Part shown: positions 13,107 through 27,559 of the stretch, one piece after another | Numbering within the stretch: position 1 is the first letter of the stretch | Layout: every line of letters begins with the position of its first letter | Source: the human T2T-CHM13v2.0 reference genome, Homo sapiens | Reading direction: 5' to 3' (one strand) | DNA length: 64,000 bases | NCBI RefSeq assembly: GCF_009914755.1 | Contig: NC_060936.1 | The notes under the pieces: model-generated | The model's database searches: none | What the model was told of the DNA's origin: nothing | What the model saw: only the letters and a program-made list of their open reading frames with translations | Made by a program: the position numbers and the translations under genes

Positions 13107-13503
13107 ATTTTATTTTATATTTTATTTTTCCATAAGCAATTTGGGTACATGGGGTATTTGGTTACATGAGTTAGTTCTTTGGTGGCGATTTGTGAGATTT
13201 TGGTGCACCCATCACCCAAGCAGTATACACTGCACCATATTTGTAGTATTTTATCCCTTGCCGTCCTCCTACTCTTCCCATAATCCTCAAAGTCCATTGG
13301 ATCATCCTTATGCCTTTGCATCCTCATAGCTTAGCTCCCACATATCAGTGAGGACATACAATGTTTGACTTTCCATTCCTGAGTTACTTCACTTAGAATA
13401 ATAGTCTCCAATCTCATCCAGGTCACTGAAAATGCTGTTAATCCATTCCTTTTTATGGCTGTGTAGTATTCCATCACATATATGTATATGATATATATAT
13501 ATA

Positions 13504-13537
<34 letters not shown>

Positions 13538-16500
13538 AGTTTCTTTATCCATTTGTTGATTGATGGGCATTTGGGATGGTTCCACGATTTTGCAATTGTG
13601 AATTGTCCCACTATAAACATGCATATGCAAGCATCTTTTTCGAATAATGACTTCTTTTCCTCTGGGTAGATACCCAGTAGTGGGATTGCTGGAACAAATG
13701 GTAGCTCTACTTTTAGTTCTTTAAGGAATCTCCACACTGTGTTCCATTGTGGCTGTACTAGTTTACATTCCCATTAGCGGTGTAGAAGTGTTCTATGTTC
13801 ACTGCATCCACACCAACATGTACGGTTTTATGACTCTTTTATTATTGTCATTCTTGGAAGAGTAAGGTGGTATCACATTGTGGTTTTGATTTGCATTTCC
13901 CTGATCATTAGTGATGTTGGCATTTTTTCATATGTTTGCTGGCCATTTGTATATCTTCTTTTGAGAATTGTCTATTCATGTCCTTAGCCCACTTTTTAAT
14001 GGGATTTTTTTTCTTACTAATTTGTTTGAGTTTGTTGTAGATTCTGGATATCAGTCCTTTGTCAGATGTATAGATTGTGAAGGTTTTCTCCCCTCTGTGG
14101 TATGTCTGCTTTTGGATTCTTAGTCATGAAATATTTGCCTAAGGCAATGTCTAGAAGGGTTTTTCCAATGTTATCTTCTAGAACTTCTGTAGTTTCAGGT
14201 CTTAGGTTTAAGTCCTTAATCCATCCTGAGTTGACTTTTTTATAAGGTGAGAGATGAGGATCCGTTTCATTCTCCTAAAAGTGGCTAGCCAATTATCTCA
14301 GCACTATTTGTTGAAAAGGGTGTCCTTTCCCCACTTTATGTTTTTGTTTGCTTTGTTGAAGATCAGTTGGCTGTAAGTATTTGGGTTTATTTCTGGGTTC
14401 TCTATTCTGTTCCATTGGTCTGTGTGCCTATTTTTATACCAGTACCATGCTGTTTTGGTGACTATGGCCTTACAGTATAGTTTGAAATCAGGTAGGGTAG
14501 TGTGATGCCTCCAGATTTGTTCTTTTTGCTTAGTCTTGCTTTGGCTATCCAGGCTCTTTCTTGATTCCATATGAATTTTAGAATTGTTTTTTCTAATTCT
14601 GTGAAGAATGCTGGTGGTATTTTGATGGAGATTGCATTGAATTTGTAGATTGCTTTTGGCAGTGTGGTCATTTTCACAATATTGATTCTACACATCCATG
14701 AGCATGGGATGTGTTTCCATTTGTTTGTGTTGTCTACGGTTTATTTCAGCAGTGTTTTGTAGTTTTCCTTGTAGAGGTCTTTCGACTTCTTGGTTCAGTA
14801 TATTCCTAAGTTATTTATTTATTTATTTATTTATCTATCTATTTATTTTTGCAGCTATTGTAAAAGGGATGAGTTCTTGATTTGATTCTCCACTTGGTTG
14901 CTGTTGGTGTATAGAAGAGCTTCTGATGTGTGTACATTAATCTTGTATCCACAAATTTTGCTGAATTCTTTCATCAGTTCTAGGAGCTTTCAGGAGGAGT
15001 ACTTAGGGTTTTTAAGGTAAATGGTCATATTGTCAGCAAACAATGACAATTTGACTTCCTTTTTACCAGTTGGATGCCCTTTATTTCTTTCTCTTGTCTG
15101 ATTGCTCTGGCCAGGATTTGCAGAACTATGTTGAAGAGGAGTGGTGAGAGTGGGCATCCTTGTCTTGTTCCACTTCTCAGAGGGAATGCTTTCAACTTTT
15201 CCCCATTCAGTATTATGTTGGCTGTGAGTTTGTCATAGATGGCTTTTATTACTTTAAGGTATGTCCCTTGTATGCTGATTTTGCTGAGAGTTTTAATCAT
15301 AAAGGGATGCTGAATTGTGTTGAATACTTTTTCTGCATCTATTGAGATGATTATGTGATTTTTGTTTTTAATTCTGTTTATGTGGTGTATCACATTTATT
15401 GACTCACATGTGTTAAACCATCCCTGCATCCTTGCTATGAAACCCACTTGATCATGGAGGATTATCTTTTCGATATGTTTTTGGATACCGTTAACTAGTA
15501 TTTTGTTAAGGATTTTAGCATCTATCTTCATCAAGGATATCAATCTGTAGTTTTCTTTTTTGGTTATGTCCTTTCCTGGTTTTTGTATTAGGGTGATGCT
15601 GGCTTCATAGAATGAATTAGGGAGGGTTCCCTCTTTCTCTACCTTGTGGAATAGGATCAAAAGGATTGCTACCAATTCGTTTAATGTCTGGTAGAATTCT
15701 GCTGTGAAAGTGTCTGGTCTTGGACTTTTTTTGTTGGTAATTTTTAAATTACCATTTCAGTCTTGCTGCTTGTTATTGGTCTGTTCAGGGTACCTAATTC
15801 TTCCTGATTTAGGCTAGGAGGGTTGTAATTTTCCAGGAATTTACCCATCTTTTCTAGGTTTTCTAGCTTATGTGCGTAAAGGTGTTCATAGTAACCTTGA
15901 ATGATTTTTTGTATTTCAGTGGTGTCAGTTGTAATATCTCTTGTTTCATTTCTTCGTGAAGTTATTTGGATTTTCTCGCTTCTCTTCTTGGTTAATCTTG
16001 CTAATGGCCTATCAACTTTATTTATCTTTTCAAAGAACCAGCTTTTTGTTTCATTTGTCTTTTGTATTTTTGTTGTTGTTCTTTCAATTTTATTTAGTTC
16101 TGCTCTGATCTTGGTTATTTCCTTTCTTCTGCTGGGTTTGGGTTTGGTTTGTTCTTGTTTCTCTTGCTCCTTAAGGTGTGACCTTAAAATGTCAGTTTGT
16201 GCTCTTTCAGTCTTTTTGATGTAGGCGTTTAGGGTTACAAACACTCCTCTTAGCACTGCCTTTGCTGTATCCCAGAGGTTTTGATTGGTTGTGCCATTAT
16301 TGTCATTCGGTTTGAAGAATTTTTAAATTTCCATCTTGATTTTGTTTTTGACCCAATGCTCATTCAGGAGCAGGTTATTTGATTTCCATGTATTTGCCTG
16401 GTTTAGTAGGTTTCTTTTGGAGTTGATTTCCAGCTTTATTCCACTGTGGTCTGAGAGAGTCCTTGATATGATTTCAATTTTCTTAAATTTATTGAGGCTC

Positions 16501-19446
16501 ATTTTTATGCCCTATGATATGTCTACCTTGGAGAAAGTTCCATGCGCTGTTGAATAGAACGTGTTTTCTGCGGTTGTTGGGTGAGATGTTCTGTATATAT
16601 CTGTTAAGTCCATTTGTTCCAAGGTATAGTTTAAATCCATTGTTTCTTTGTTGACTTTCTGTCTTGATGATCTGTCTAGTGCTGTCAGTGGAGTACTAAA
16701 GTCCCCCACTATTATTGTGTTGCTGTCTATCTCATTTCTTAGGTCTATTAGTAATTGTATAAATTTGGGAGCTCCAGTGTTAGGTGCATATATGTTTAGG
16801 ATTATGATGATTTCCTGTTGGACAAGGCCTTTTACCATTATATAATTTCCCTCTTTGTCTCTTTTAACTGCTGCTGCTTTAAAGTTTGTTTTGTCTGTTA
16901 TAAGAGTAGCTACTCTTGCTCGCTTTTGGTGTCCATTCGTATGACACTCCTTTACTTTAAGTTTATGTGAGTCCTTATGTGTTAGGTGAGTCTCCTGAGG
17001 GCAGCAGATAGTTGGCTGGGTTCTTATGTATTCTGTGGTTTTTAGTGGAGCATTTAGGACATTTATATTCAATGTTAGCATTGAAATGTGAGGTACCCTC
17101 GCATTCATCATGCTCTTTGTTGCCTGTGTACTTTGGTTTTTTGTTGTTTTTGCTTTTTAACTTGTAGTTTTGTTTTATAAATCCTGTGTGATTTATGCTT
17201 TAAAGAGGTTCTGTTTTGATGTGGTTCCAGGATTTGTTTCAAGATTTAGAGCTCCTTTTAGCAGTTCTTGTAGTGGTGGCTTGGTAATGGCGAAGTCTCT
17301 CAGCATTTGTTTGTCTGAAAACGATTGTATCTTTCCTTCATATATGGTGCTTAGTTTTCCTGGATACAAAATTCTTGGCTGATAATTATTTTGTTTGAGG
17401 AGGCTGAAGATAGGCCCCCAATCCCTTCTAGCTTATAGGGTTTCTGCTGAGAAATCTGCTGTTAATCCGATAGGATTTCCTTTATAGGTTACCTGGTGCT
17501 TCTGTCTCGCAGCTCTTAAGATTCTTTCCTTCATCTTGACTTTAGATAACCTGATGACAGTGTGCCTAGGTGAAGATCTTTTGGCCATGAATTTCCCAGG
17601 TGTTTTTTATGCTTCTCGTATTGGAACGTCTAGCTCTCTAGCAAGGCCAGGGAAGTTTTCCTCAATTTTCCCCCAAATACGTTTTCCAAGCTTTTACAAT
17701 TCTCTTCTTCCTCAGGAAAGCTGATTATTCTTAGGTTTAGTCATTTAATATAATCCCAGACTTTTTGGAGGCTTTGTTCATATTTTCTTATTATTTTTTC
17801 TTTGTCTTTGTTGGGTTGGGTTAATTCAAAGATCTTGTCTTCAAGCTCTGAATTTCTTTCTTCTACTTGTTCAATTCTGTTGCTGAGACTTTCCAGGGCA
17901 TTTCACATTTCTAAAAATATGTCCAAATTTCCTGAATTTTTTTGTTTTTTTCTTCAGTTATCTAATTCCTTGAATATTTCTCCCTTCACTTCTTGTATCA
18001 TTGTTTGGATTTCCTTGCATTGGGCTTTGCCTTTCTCTGGTCCCTCCCTTATTAGCTTAATAACTAACCTCCTGAACTCTTTTTCAGGTAAATCAGAGAT
18101 TTCTTCTTGGTTTGGATCCATTGCTGGTGAACTAGCATGATTTTCGAAGGGGTATTGAAGAGCCTTGTTTTGTCATATTACCAGGGTTGGTTTTCTGGTT
18201 CCTTCTCATTTGGGTAAGCTCTGTTAGAGGGAAGGTCTAGGGCTGAAGGCTGTTGTTCAGATTCTTTTGTCCCATGGGGTAGTCCCTTGATGTAATACTC
18301 TTCCCCTTTTCCTATGGATGTGGCTTCCTGTGAGCCAAACTGCAGTGATTATTGTCTCTCTTCTGAGTCTAGCCACCCAGTGAGTCTACCTGGCTCCGGG
18401 CTGGTACTGGGGGTGGTCTGCATAGAGTCCTGTGATGTGATCCATCTATGGGTCTCTCATCCATGGATAACAGTGGCTGTTCCAGTGGAGGTGGCAGGGG
18501 TGTGCAATGGATTCCATGAGGATCTTTAGCTTTGGCTGTTTAATGCTCTATGTTTGTGCTGGTGGCACTTCCCAGTTGTAGTAGTGTGGAGAGGGACCAG
18601 CAGTGGGCGGGACCCTAGATCTCCCAAGGTTGTATGCTCTTTGTGTTCCATTACCAGGGTGGATAGGGAAGGACCATTAGGTGGGGGCAGGGCTAGGCAT
18701 GCCTGAGCTCAGACTCTCCTTGGGTGGGTCTTGCTGCTGCTGCTGCTGCTGCTATGGGGGATGGAGGTGAGATTCCCAATTATTGGAGTTGTGTACCTAA
18801 GAGGATTATGGCTGCCTCTGCTGAGTCACGTAGGTTGTCAGGAAAGTGGGGGAAAGCTGGCAGTCACAGGCCTCAGCCAGCTCCCACACCAACTGAAGGG
18901 CTGGTTTCACTCCCATTGTGCCCTCCGCAACAGTCTGTCTCCAGGCGGAGGGTGAGATGGCTTGAAAACTTGCCCTGGGCTACCTGCCTTCCAGCTGCGG
19001 AAAAAAAGGTCTTGGTTCTTCCCCGCCTGTGAAGTCTGCAAGCCCTCTCCCGAGTTCTGGCCAGGAGGCTTCTCGCCCCATTCAAATTGTTACAAAGTTC
19101 AGCTAAAGAATTCCTTCTCCATGTGGAGTTTTACCCCCTGCTCCTCTGGCCACCCTCCCCATAGATCCTTGTGGTGCCAGGCAGGAATGGGCTGCTTGGG
19201 GACCCAGCGAGCTCCCAGGGCCTTTCTGCTGCTTCCTCTACCCCTGTATTTCGCTTGGCTCTCTAACTTGACTCAGCCCCAGGTAAAGTTAGAAACTTCT
19301 TCCACAAACAGACCTTCAGCTTCTCCAGTGGAGGTGTGTGTTTGGGAGAGGAGGGTCTCCCTTTCCCACTTTCACAGTTGGGGCACCCACAGTATTCGGG
19401 GTGTCTCCTGATCCTGCAGGAGCAGTCCGCTTCCTTCAGAGGGTCT
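13107..19446 (-). mobile_element. Near full-length dead LINE-1 (L1PB1-like, ~6.3 kb), inserted into an L2, sense to the host gene
   Basis: L1PB-type 3'UTR at 13.1-13.4 kb; collinear ORF2 fragments in the ORF track (endonuclease 16512-17111, RT 15025-15675, C-terminus 13331-13737); ORF1 and 5'UTR to 19446; many frameshifts and stops. Confidence 0.93.
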
Positions 19447-19689
19447 CATCACTTATGTCCTTAAAGTGACTGTGAGTAATGTGATCACATTTCTGAATTA
19501 TCAATAAATAGATGATATTTAAAGCCACAAGGAAGGATGAGATCACCCAAGGACTCGAAACAGGCAGAAAATCTGGACTGTTCAGAGCAGTCCAGTGTTT
19601 GTGGGATGTGTAGATAAGAAGAAACAAAGAAAGGAGATTTAAAAAAGAGAAGCTCATGAGGTTGGAAGAAGATGTAACATGCACATTGT

Positions 19690-21190
19690 CCCAGAACCCT
19701 TGGTATTCCGCAGAAGGTATTGTCCTTTCCTGTTCCAAATGTCAGTTAATAAGCTGAGTGAGGAAATTGATGGCATGCGAATCTCAGTTATACATGATAC
19801 AGAACTGAGAGTTATAATAAAAATGCTCTATCACAGATCCAAGATCCTAAAATATTTCAACAGGCTACAATGATGATGGACTGTGTCCAGTGAGATGATA
19901 TTTTAGAGAGAAATGCCAAATTTAACTCTCAGGCTCAAAATCCTCACTGTACAAGAACAATCACCATGAATATGTAGCTGAGGACCAGGCTGTGAAAAGG
20001 ACAGAGAGAAACTTAGGAATTGGGAGTCAATAATGCAGTGCACCTTTCCAAAAAGAGTCACAGAGAGTTGGCTGGGGTTAATCAAAATAGGGTGCTGAAA
20101 ATGATCTGCTAAAGTCTAGTTCAACTCTCTTCTTTGTCAATCCATACCTGGAACACCATTTTCAGTTCTGGGACTACAGATTAAGTTTGGGTCCAAAACT
20201 GAGACTGATAGACAATTTAATGCTGAAAAGAAGATAAACCATCATCTCTGAGGATACTAATCAACCCAAGAGTATCTGGAGAAGAATGTGCAGAGTAGCT
20301 ACAGAATAATAATAATTAGTAGAACCAAGAGTTATTTAAACCCAAGAAAGAGACATTCTATGGGACACTGTGCAGGAGACTACTGTGAATTTCCTAACCC
20401 TTTTTAAGCAAGAAAAACTATACTTTCCAGTTGTCTCATAGCTAGGAAGGGCTAGAAAAAGATGATACTAGAAGAGACTGGAAATGTAGGCAGGGGTTAG
20501 ACCACGTAGGCTAGGTTTTGTTTGCCATGTGAAGTATTCTGGTGTCTCATCTAAGAGCCAAAGAAAGTCATAGATATGTTTTAAGTATGAGATAAGGACA
20601 TCATCAAAAATGAAGTTATAAAAGATTACCATCTACAGTATAGAAAATAGTGTGGAGAGAGATTAAGAGTAGTTGAAACATTTGTAATGGTTTACACTAG
20701 AAAAAAGAATAGTTTGGAGTACAATAGGGGCAGTGGATACAGGAAGAAAGGGATAGATTTGAAAAATACATAAATCCATCTTTTTTCAGGTAAAATCAAC
20801 AGGACTTGGTATTGGGTTGGATATAAGGACATGCGAAAGAGGAGTACCAATAATGACTTAAATGAATAATAAAATGAAAGTGAGCCACCCACTAGACATT
20901 ATTTATACAAATCTATCTATCTATCTACCTACCTACCTACCTACCTGTCATCTATCTCTGTATACATAACATTTATAGCTTTATTATCTTTTTCTCTGTC
21001 ATCTATATTCATAACCATACTTTACCCACATATTTATCTATTATGTCTATTTATATAGAAAAGCATGGGTTTCCCTAAGAGGTAATGCATTATTTCCTGT
21101 CCCCAGAGAAGATAAATGAAAGCTAGACAATTTCCCAGTGGAGATGTTATAGAGAGAATTCCATTATATGATGGAAAATTCATAGGCTGT
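19690..21190 (+). mobile_element. Ancient L3/CR1 LINE fragments, interrupted by an L2 piece and an STR
   Basis: ORF 19679-19873 (PFLFQMSVNKLSEEIDGMRISVIHDTEL...FNRL) aligns by eye to CR1 RT (PVLFNIFINDLDEGIE..LIKFADDTKL...LDRL); cctggaacaccattttcagttctggg motif. Confidence 0.65.
20911..20960. repeat. Compound (ATCT)n(ACCT)n tetranucleotide STR
   Basis: atctatctatctatctacctacctacctacctacct. Confidence 0.85.
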
Positions 21191-21420
21191 TTTAAAACAT
21201 ATTATCACTGATCTTCCTAACAAAAAGTCAAGAATTCTATTAAGTAGATGGGGTCATTGTGACATTATTTCACAGATAAGAAGAGGCTGATACCAAAATA
21301 GAAACTTCCCAAAGTTACTGTGATCAGGGGTGACAGAAACATAGGTTTTTCGTCTTGAGAGCCTCACTTATTTTCTCTCGTTATTCAGAAAGCTTCTAAT
21401 ATTCCATGTCCATCACTTAG

Positions 21421-21805
<385 letters not shown>

Positions 21806-21811
21806 GAGGCA

Positions 21812-22378
21812 GACCTTTTCAGTCCATCCATGCGTGGGACGAATGTTTCCTTCCTGCTCTTTGTCGGACACACAGATATGTCTATGTCTTTTGCTGCATT
21901 GGCACTGTATATTCTTACTAGTATAGTTCCATGCTTAAATCCTGGTGGTGTAAAAGCATCAGTGCTGGAGTCAGACATCCATTTTAGTCATGTGACTTCC
22001 AGTAAGTTATTTTCTTTCCACCAGCCTTAATTTTCTCATCTGCAAAATAGCCACGATGGCCATTTCTCTTGATGGTAGAGCATTGATACAATGACCTTTT
22101 CAATCTATCCATACGTGGGACGAATGTTTCCTTCCTGGTTTTTGTCGGACACACAGACATGTCTATGCCTTTTGCTGCATTGGCCCTGTATATTCTTACT
22201 AATATAGTTCCATGCTTAAATCCTGGTGATGTAAAAGCATCAGTTTTGGAGCCAGACATCCATGTTACTCATGTGACTTCCAGTAACTTATTTTCTTTCC
22301 ACCAGCCTTAATTTTCTCATCTGCAAAATGGCCATGCCATGATGGCCATTTCTCTTGATGGTAGAGCATTGATACAAT
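21812..22378. repeat. ~281-bp tandem duplication (2 copies)
   Basis: Copy 1 starts at 21812 and copy 2 at 22093; about 18 substitutions and 2 small indels by eye. Confidence 0.95.
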
Positions 22379-24497
22379 GTTTTGTGAAGAGGCTGCATGG
22401 TGTGAACCAGGTAGCAACATGCAACAACTGTCCAGACACTTAATAAAGAAGACATTCCGTTTATTTTGTAGAGCTGAATCGTTTCTCGGTGGTTGAATTG
22501 CATGTTTATTACTATCTCCCAATTTTATTACTACAAGGCAAATTCCTTTAAATCCAGGAAGGATTTTTTTCTAGAAAGATATGGGTTCTAGGTTCCATCA
22601 TTACACCAAGGTTGTTACACTAGAAGGCTAAATTTGCCACCTGTTTGATATCTTAGGAAAGAATTTAACTTTTCTGTTTTTCAAAGATGAATCTGTTGCA
22701 TACAGTAAGAGGTGTGTAATACTTAATACTCTCACATTAAGTAAAATAATTAACTGGCTAGTCACACACATTTTCAAAATGGGAATGACAGATTTAATAG
22801 ATAGGACTCTCAGATCTCTGTTAACATGCTTTGCAAAATCCTTTCCTTAATCATTGCATTGCTTTTCCATATGTTGTCTTATTATACTTGCATATAACTG
22901 CAAATTCATGAGGACGAATAGGCTCCATTTCCATTTAAAAATTGTCAGGAAAATAGATCTGCGTGGAACCATACAGTGCAGTTTAAGTATTTCCTTCCAG
23001 TTTGTTGCTGACAGGTTTAGGAAAAATAAGTTCTGTAAAAAGTCACTTTGAACTGTAACTACCATATCCCTTAGGTAGTAATTTTAAAGAATTCTACTGC
23101 AGGGAGGCCTTTCTGTTGTTTAATGATACAGCTACCCATAAGGCATTAAAATGTCCCTTCTTCCCATTCCTATTTACCTTACTCGTGTTTTTACAATTTA
23201 AAAAAAAAGCGTAAATAGCAACTTTTCCCATCTTTTCTGATCTAGGCATAATATTCTCTGATGCACACCATCGTTTCATTAGAGAAATTGATATAAATCC
23301 ACCTGCTATAGCCTTGGGGATTAACACCAAACTCTGTGAACATGCTGCAAAGAGAAAAACAAACAGAAAAAAAATATCTAGCATTAGATGAATTAACAAA
23401 CCAAAAAACCACTGCTGGTGAACCGAAGAAAATTAAATTGATTCTGAAGAAAAGTGCTGATTCTTTAGGAAAATGTGATTAGAGGTAGCCTGGCCTGGAG
23501 CTTAAGATTGTCAAAAAACACTGTTACATGTTTGTCAAATCCTTTTTGATGGGAAGTTCACAGGTTATAAAAAAAATACATTTCAAAGCTTTAAATCTTA
23601 GCTGAAGCCTAATCCTCAATGTTGCATATCACCAACCAAGCACTTTGATTTAGGTATCAATGACCAGCTACACTGGACAGGTATGCTGGCTTCATTCAGG
23701 GTCACAGTGCTAGCCATGTCATCTTGAAGGCAGGAGTCATCTCTTCCCTGTCTAGCCACGTGTGTTTCATTAATGAGGAATAGTGGGTAGGTCCTTTCTT
23801 CACATGCCTCTCTATTATTTTGATTTTTCAAGCACATTTTCTATAGGAAGTAGGTTTTATTTTTTTTTTTTTTGAAGGTTTTAAGATTTGTTTTGTAAAT
23901 AAATGGAAAAGCAGTTACCTCCTTCACCCAAAATTCCATATAACCATATCTGTCCTGTGATTTTTTGGCTGAGGATTTTCTTTTTTTCAAACTTCATGTG
24001 TTTCCCAGCTTCTGCTCCTTTCTATTGGAAGCCTGAATTTATCCAAGTATCCATCTTTTACTGACTGCATTTACAGGAAGCTGATCTTAGTGAGTTATGG
24101 TGATACTGTCCCCATGGTTATGATGAGTTTAGGAAGTCTGTCTTAGCCTGGCCTGGGTATCTGGTGATTGTTACCAGTTTAGGGTAGGTTGATGGCCTAA
24201 TTGGACACAGTCTGACTGTTCGCATAACCAAGTGAATCCAGTCTTAAACAGTGGACCAATACATTCTGATTTCTGCATAAACCAGTTTGGTTTGAATTTG
24301 AAAAGGTCCTAACAGATGCAGCATTTTGCCATTTGGTGCCTGCCTGATAGAAGAGTTTAGACTCCACACACACAACACAGCTATTATTACTTACTATGTA
24401 AAATATCATAGATTTATTTAGTCTTTTCATCCCTAGAGGACATTCAACGTTACTTTTACCTTAATTTCTTGAAAAACTTGCAGAAGAAAAAAGTGAT

Positions 24498-24785
24498 GGT
24501 CGGGGCAGTGGCTCACACCTGTAATCCCAGCCCTTTGGGAGGCAGAGGTGGGTGGATCACGAGGTCAGGAATTCAAGACCAGCCTGGCTAAGATGGTGAA
24601 ACCCCATCCCTTCTAGAAATACAAAAAATTAGCCAGACATAGTGGCGGGCACCTGTAATCCCAGATACTCAGGAGGCTGAGGCAGGGATTGCTTGAACCT
24701 GGGAGGCAGAGGTTGCAGTGAGCCGAGATCGTGCCACTGCACTCCAGCCTGGGCAATAGAGCGAGACTCCATCTCAAGAAAAAAA
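24498..24785 (+). mobile_element. AluS (Sg-like)
   Basis: Full dimer; TSD AGAAAAAA(A)GTGAT. Confidence 0.93.
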
Positions 24786-26312
24786 GAAAAAAAGTGATAA
24801 CTACTTTAATTTTTTTGCATGTGAATATCCCCAAACATGTCTTCTTTGTCATTGCTGTTAAGAGCAGCACATGTATTTACTGTAAAGCCACTGAGTGTCA
24901 GACCCCATGCTACGTGTTTGACTTCCACACTCATTACAATTTACATCACCCTGTGAAGTAGAGGCACCATCATTATCCCCAGTTTGCAGATGACAAAAGT
25001 GAGGTGCAGAAAGGTCATCTACCTCACCCAAAGTCTGCTCAGTTACAGACTTTCAGGCCAGGTATCTGAATTGGCCCCATCTGATTCATTCCCCAGCACC
25101 AGCATGGTTACTGAGCTTCTGCCGCGGGATGGACAGTAGTCCAAGTGCTACAAACACAGCATGAACACAACTACCCCTATTCCCTTGGGGATCAGACGCT
25201 GGACAGAAACAAGGTTTGTTAGGTGCAAAGAAATACCATGGAGAAAAGGTAAGTGAGGATAAGGGAATACAGAATGTGGCAAGATATTCTTTAGACGGGG
25301 TGGTCAGAAAAGGCCTTACTGTTGAGGCTGGATTTTGTGCGCCATGATCTGAACCACACATTACAGAATACCAAAATCAAATTCACCCTAAAACATAAGC
25401 CTGGCAAAGCTGGATGGCACCTGCAAATTAGGTGGATCCAAAGGCTTGTTGGAATTTTGAGTTAGGCTTTAGGTGGTTCTTTCTTGTGAGAAATACAACA
25501 AGTCTCACGGATACAAGAGAGGACTGTGGGCTTGGCAGCTGGCATAAAATCTGAAATATGAACCCCTCATGCACTCCAGCCTTCATGAAAGGTGTTTTCA
25601 CCTTCTGGTAGTTGCTGACAAGATTTTAGATGCTATGGAGTGAGTCAGTCCTTAGAAAGCAATTCAAGAGGCAAGGAATCATTGGCTCTGAGCAATTAGT
25701 CACAGTAGGAACCTGAGAATTAGTCACAAACATGCCCTTAAATCAGTTTCCAGTTCTCCTTTCAGTTCTGCCTTCAACCCTTATATGAGTTTAATTCAAA
25801 GGTCATTGCCAGCTACAGAGCAAACAAGCTCGACACTGTCCAGTGGACACCACCAAAGAGAAAGACGATGAAGTTCACCAAAGAATGTGAGGAACATTAA
25901 GAAAGATGAAGGAAGACTAGGCATCATGAGTGCTGGAGGCCCCCCGGGACTCTGAAAGGATGGAAGGCTACACCATCGGGAGGCTTCGCTCATGACAGGG
26001 ATTAACAGGCTCGGGGCTGAGCTATCAAACCTGAGATCCCTTCAGAATGATCAAGCAAAAATGCAGCTCAAGCTACCTGCCTTGGTTAATCCCGTGGACA
26101 CTCTCCATGGGGTGACATATAGTCAGAATTCATCTCTGTTCTCCGTGGAAAATACACTTTTCTCATGATAACACTACTTTTTTATTTTTAGGGAACCCTT
26201 CATTCAAGGAGATAAAAGTTTATATCATAATTGGGGATTGTAGGGGGGGATTTTCAACCCCCAGAATGAGGAACTCAGGCCTGGATAAGCAAAGGCTACA
26301 CTGACATTAGAC

Positions 26313-26637
26313 CTGGGATAGGCAAATCACAGCCTGCAAAAGCTGTCATTTTTGTATGTCCTGCAGCTACTAATGCTTTATGCATTCATATACGTGGTTA
26401 AAAAAAATCAAAAGAAGTACACTGCTTTGTGACACATGAAAATTATATGAAATTAAAGTTTCAGCTCTCACAAAGTTTCAGCTTTTTATTGGAACTGTTA
26501 CACCCATTTGCTTACATGTTTACGGCTGCCTTCCGGCCCCACATGCAGGGTGGAATCGTTGCACAGAGACCATGTGGCTTGCGAGGCTGAAAATATTTAG
26601 TACCTGTCCCTTCACAGAAAGTGTTTGCCAGCTCCAT
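26313..26637 (+). mobile_element. MER58B-like hAT-Charlie MITE
   Basis: ggcaaa...aaaaaaatcaaaagaag...gtgacacatgaaaattatatgaaatt...ctgaaaatattta...tttgcc. Confidence 0.75.
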
Positions 26638-27084
26638 TGTTTTCAACTCTATTTGAGCTATTGCTCCTTTTATATAACAAATATTTATGTAACAAATAAA
26701 GTAGCACTTACTTTACTGTCCTGAAATAAGAACCATAATTAACATAATCTACCAATACACATATTTTAAAAATTGGTATAATATTTTCACTGAATTATAA
26801 ACTATAAATAAAAGAAAATAGTTTATAATAAAATAATAGGTACTCAAATACATAAATTTTGGGGGCAGGAACAGCACCGTAAGTCATAATGGTGCACTCA
26901 GATACTTGCGCCTCTATGCAGAAGGGAGTGAATGAGACAGCTGTTAAGTGCAGACTGACACACGTGGCCGTGTTGACAACCCAAACATCATAACCGGCAG
27001 TGCTGCTGTTGCCTAACGAGAGAGTTCAGTGACAATAGTAGGTGCTTCTGATGGAGCGCACGGCCATCGACAAACTGTGTTTAT

Positions 27085-27275
27085 TAGGGAAGGGACTTCT
27101 ATCTGACCTCCTCTCTCCTCTCAGTGCCTTACATTGGCTGAATTCAAGCAGAAGCCAGTGGGCGGGGCAGCCTGTTCCATGAAATCCGTAAAGGAAAGAC
27201 CCCAGGGGCACACAGCAGGGTGGAGAACAACAGACAGTGGGTCCGCATGGCAAGTGGAGAGTATACCAACCACCA
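27085..27275 (-). mobile_element. LTR16-like (ERVL) fragment
   Basis: cattggctgaa...gaagccag...ggggcacacagcagggtggagaa; a related fragment lies near 10440-10560. Confidence 0.55.
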
Positions 27276-27327
27276 TCATCTCAGTAAACGATGTGAATTT
27301 CCCTGATCCCCCCAGCCAAACTTTTAG

Positions 27328-27520
27328 ATACTGTCTAACCTGATAGCCACTAGCACACATGGCTGTTTATGTTAATATTAACTTTAGAAATTCAGTTACT
27401 CAGTGACACAATCCACATTTCTAGAACCCAATAACCCACATGTGGCTGTGGCCACCATACTGGATGGCTTAGATTATAGAACGTTTATATCATCTCGGAA
27501 ACTTTCACTGGACAGTGTCT
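27328..27520. mobile_element. MER3-like hAT-Charlie MITE
   Basis: tagccactagc...cacatgtggct...tagaacgttt...ggacag. Confidence 0.65.
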
Positions 27521-27559
27521 AGTCTAGACTCACATTTGCTCTCTGCTGTTCAAACACAC

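Noticed and set aside
18734-18754. (GCT)7 as a coding or disease triplet repeat
   Set aside because: Short and located in a dead L1 5'UTR.
13107-19446. Active full-length L1
   Set aside because: Old L1PB type with both ORFs fragmented and the extreme 5' end missing.
22800-23500. Repeat-poor stretch as a conserved enhancer (also ~61500-64000)
   Set aside because: Lack of recognisable repeats is not evidence; conservation or chromatin data would be needed.
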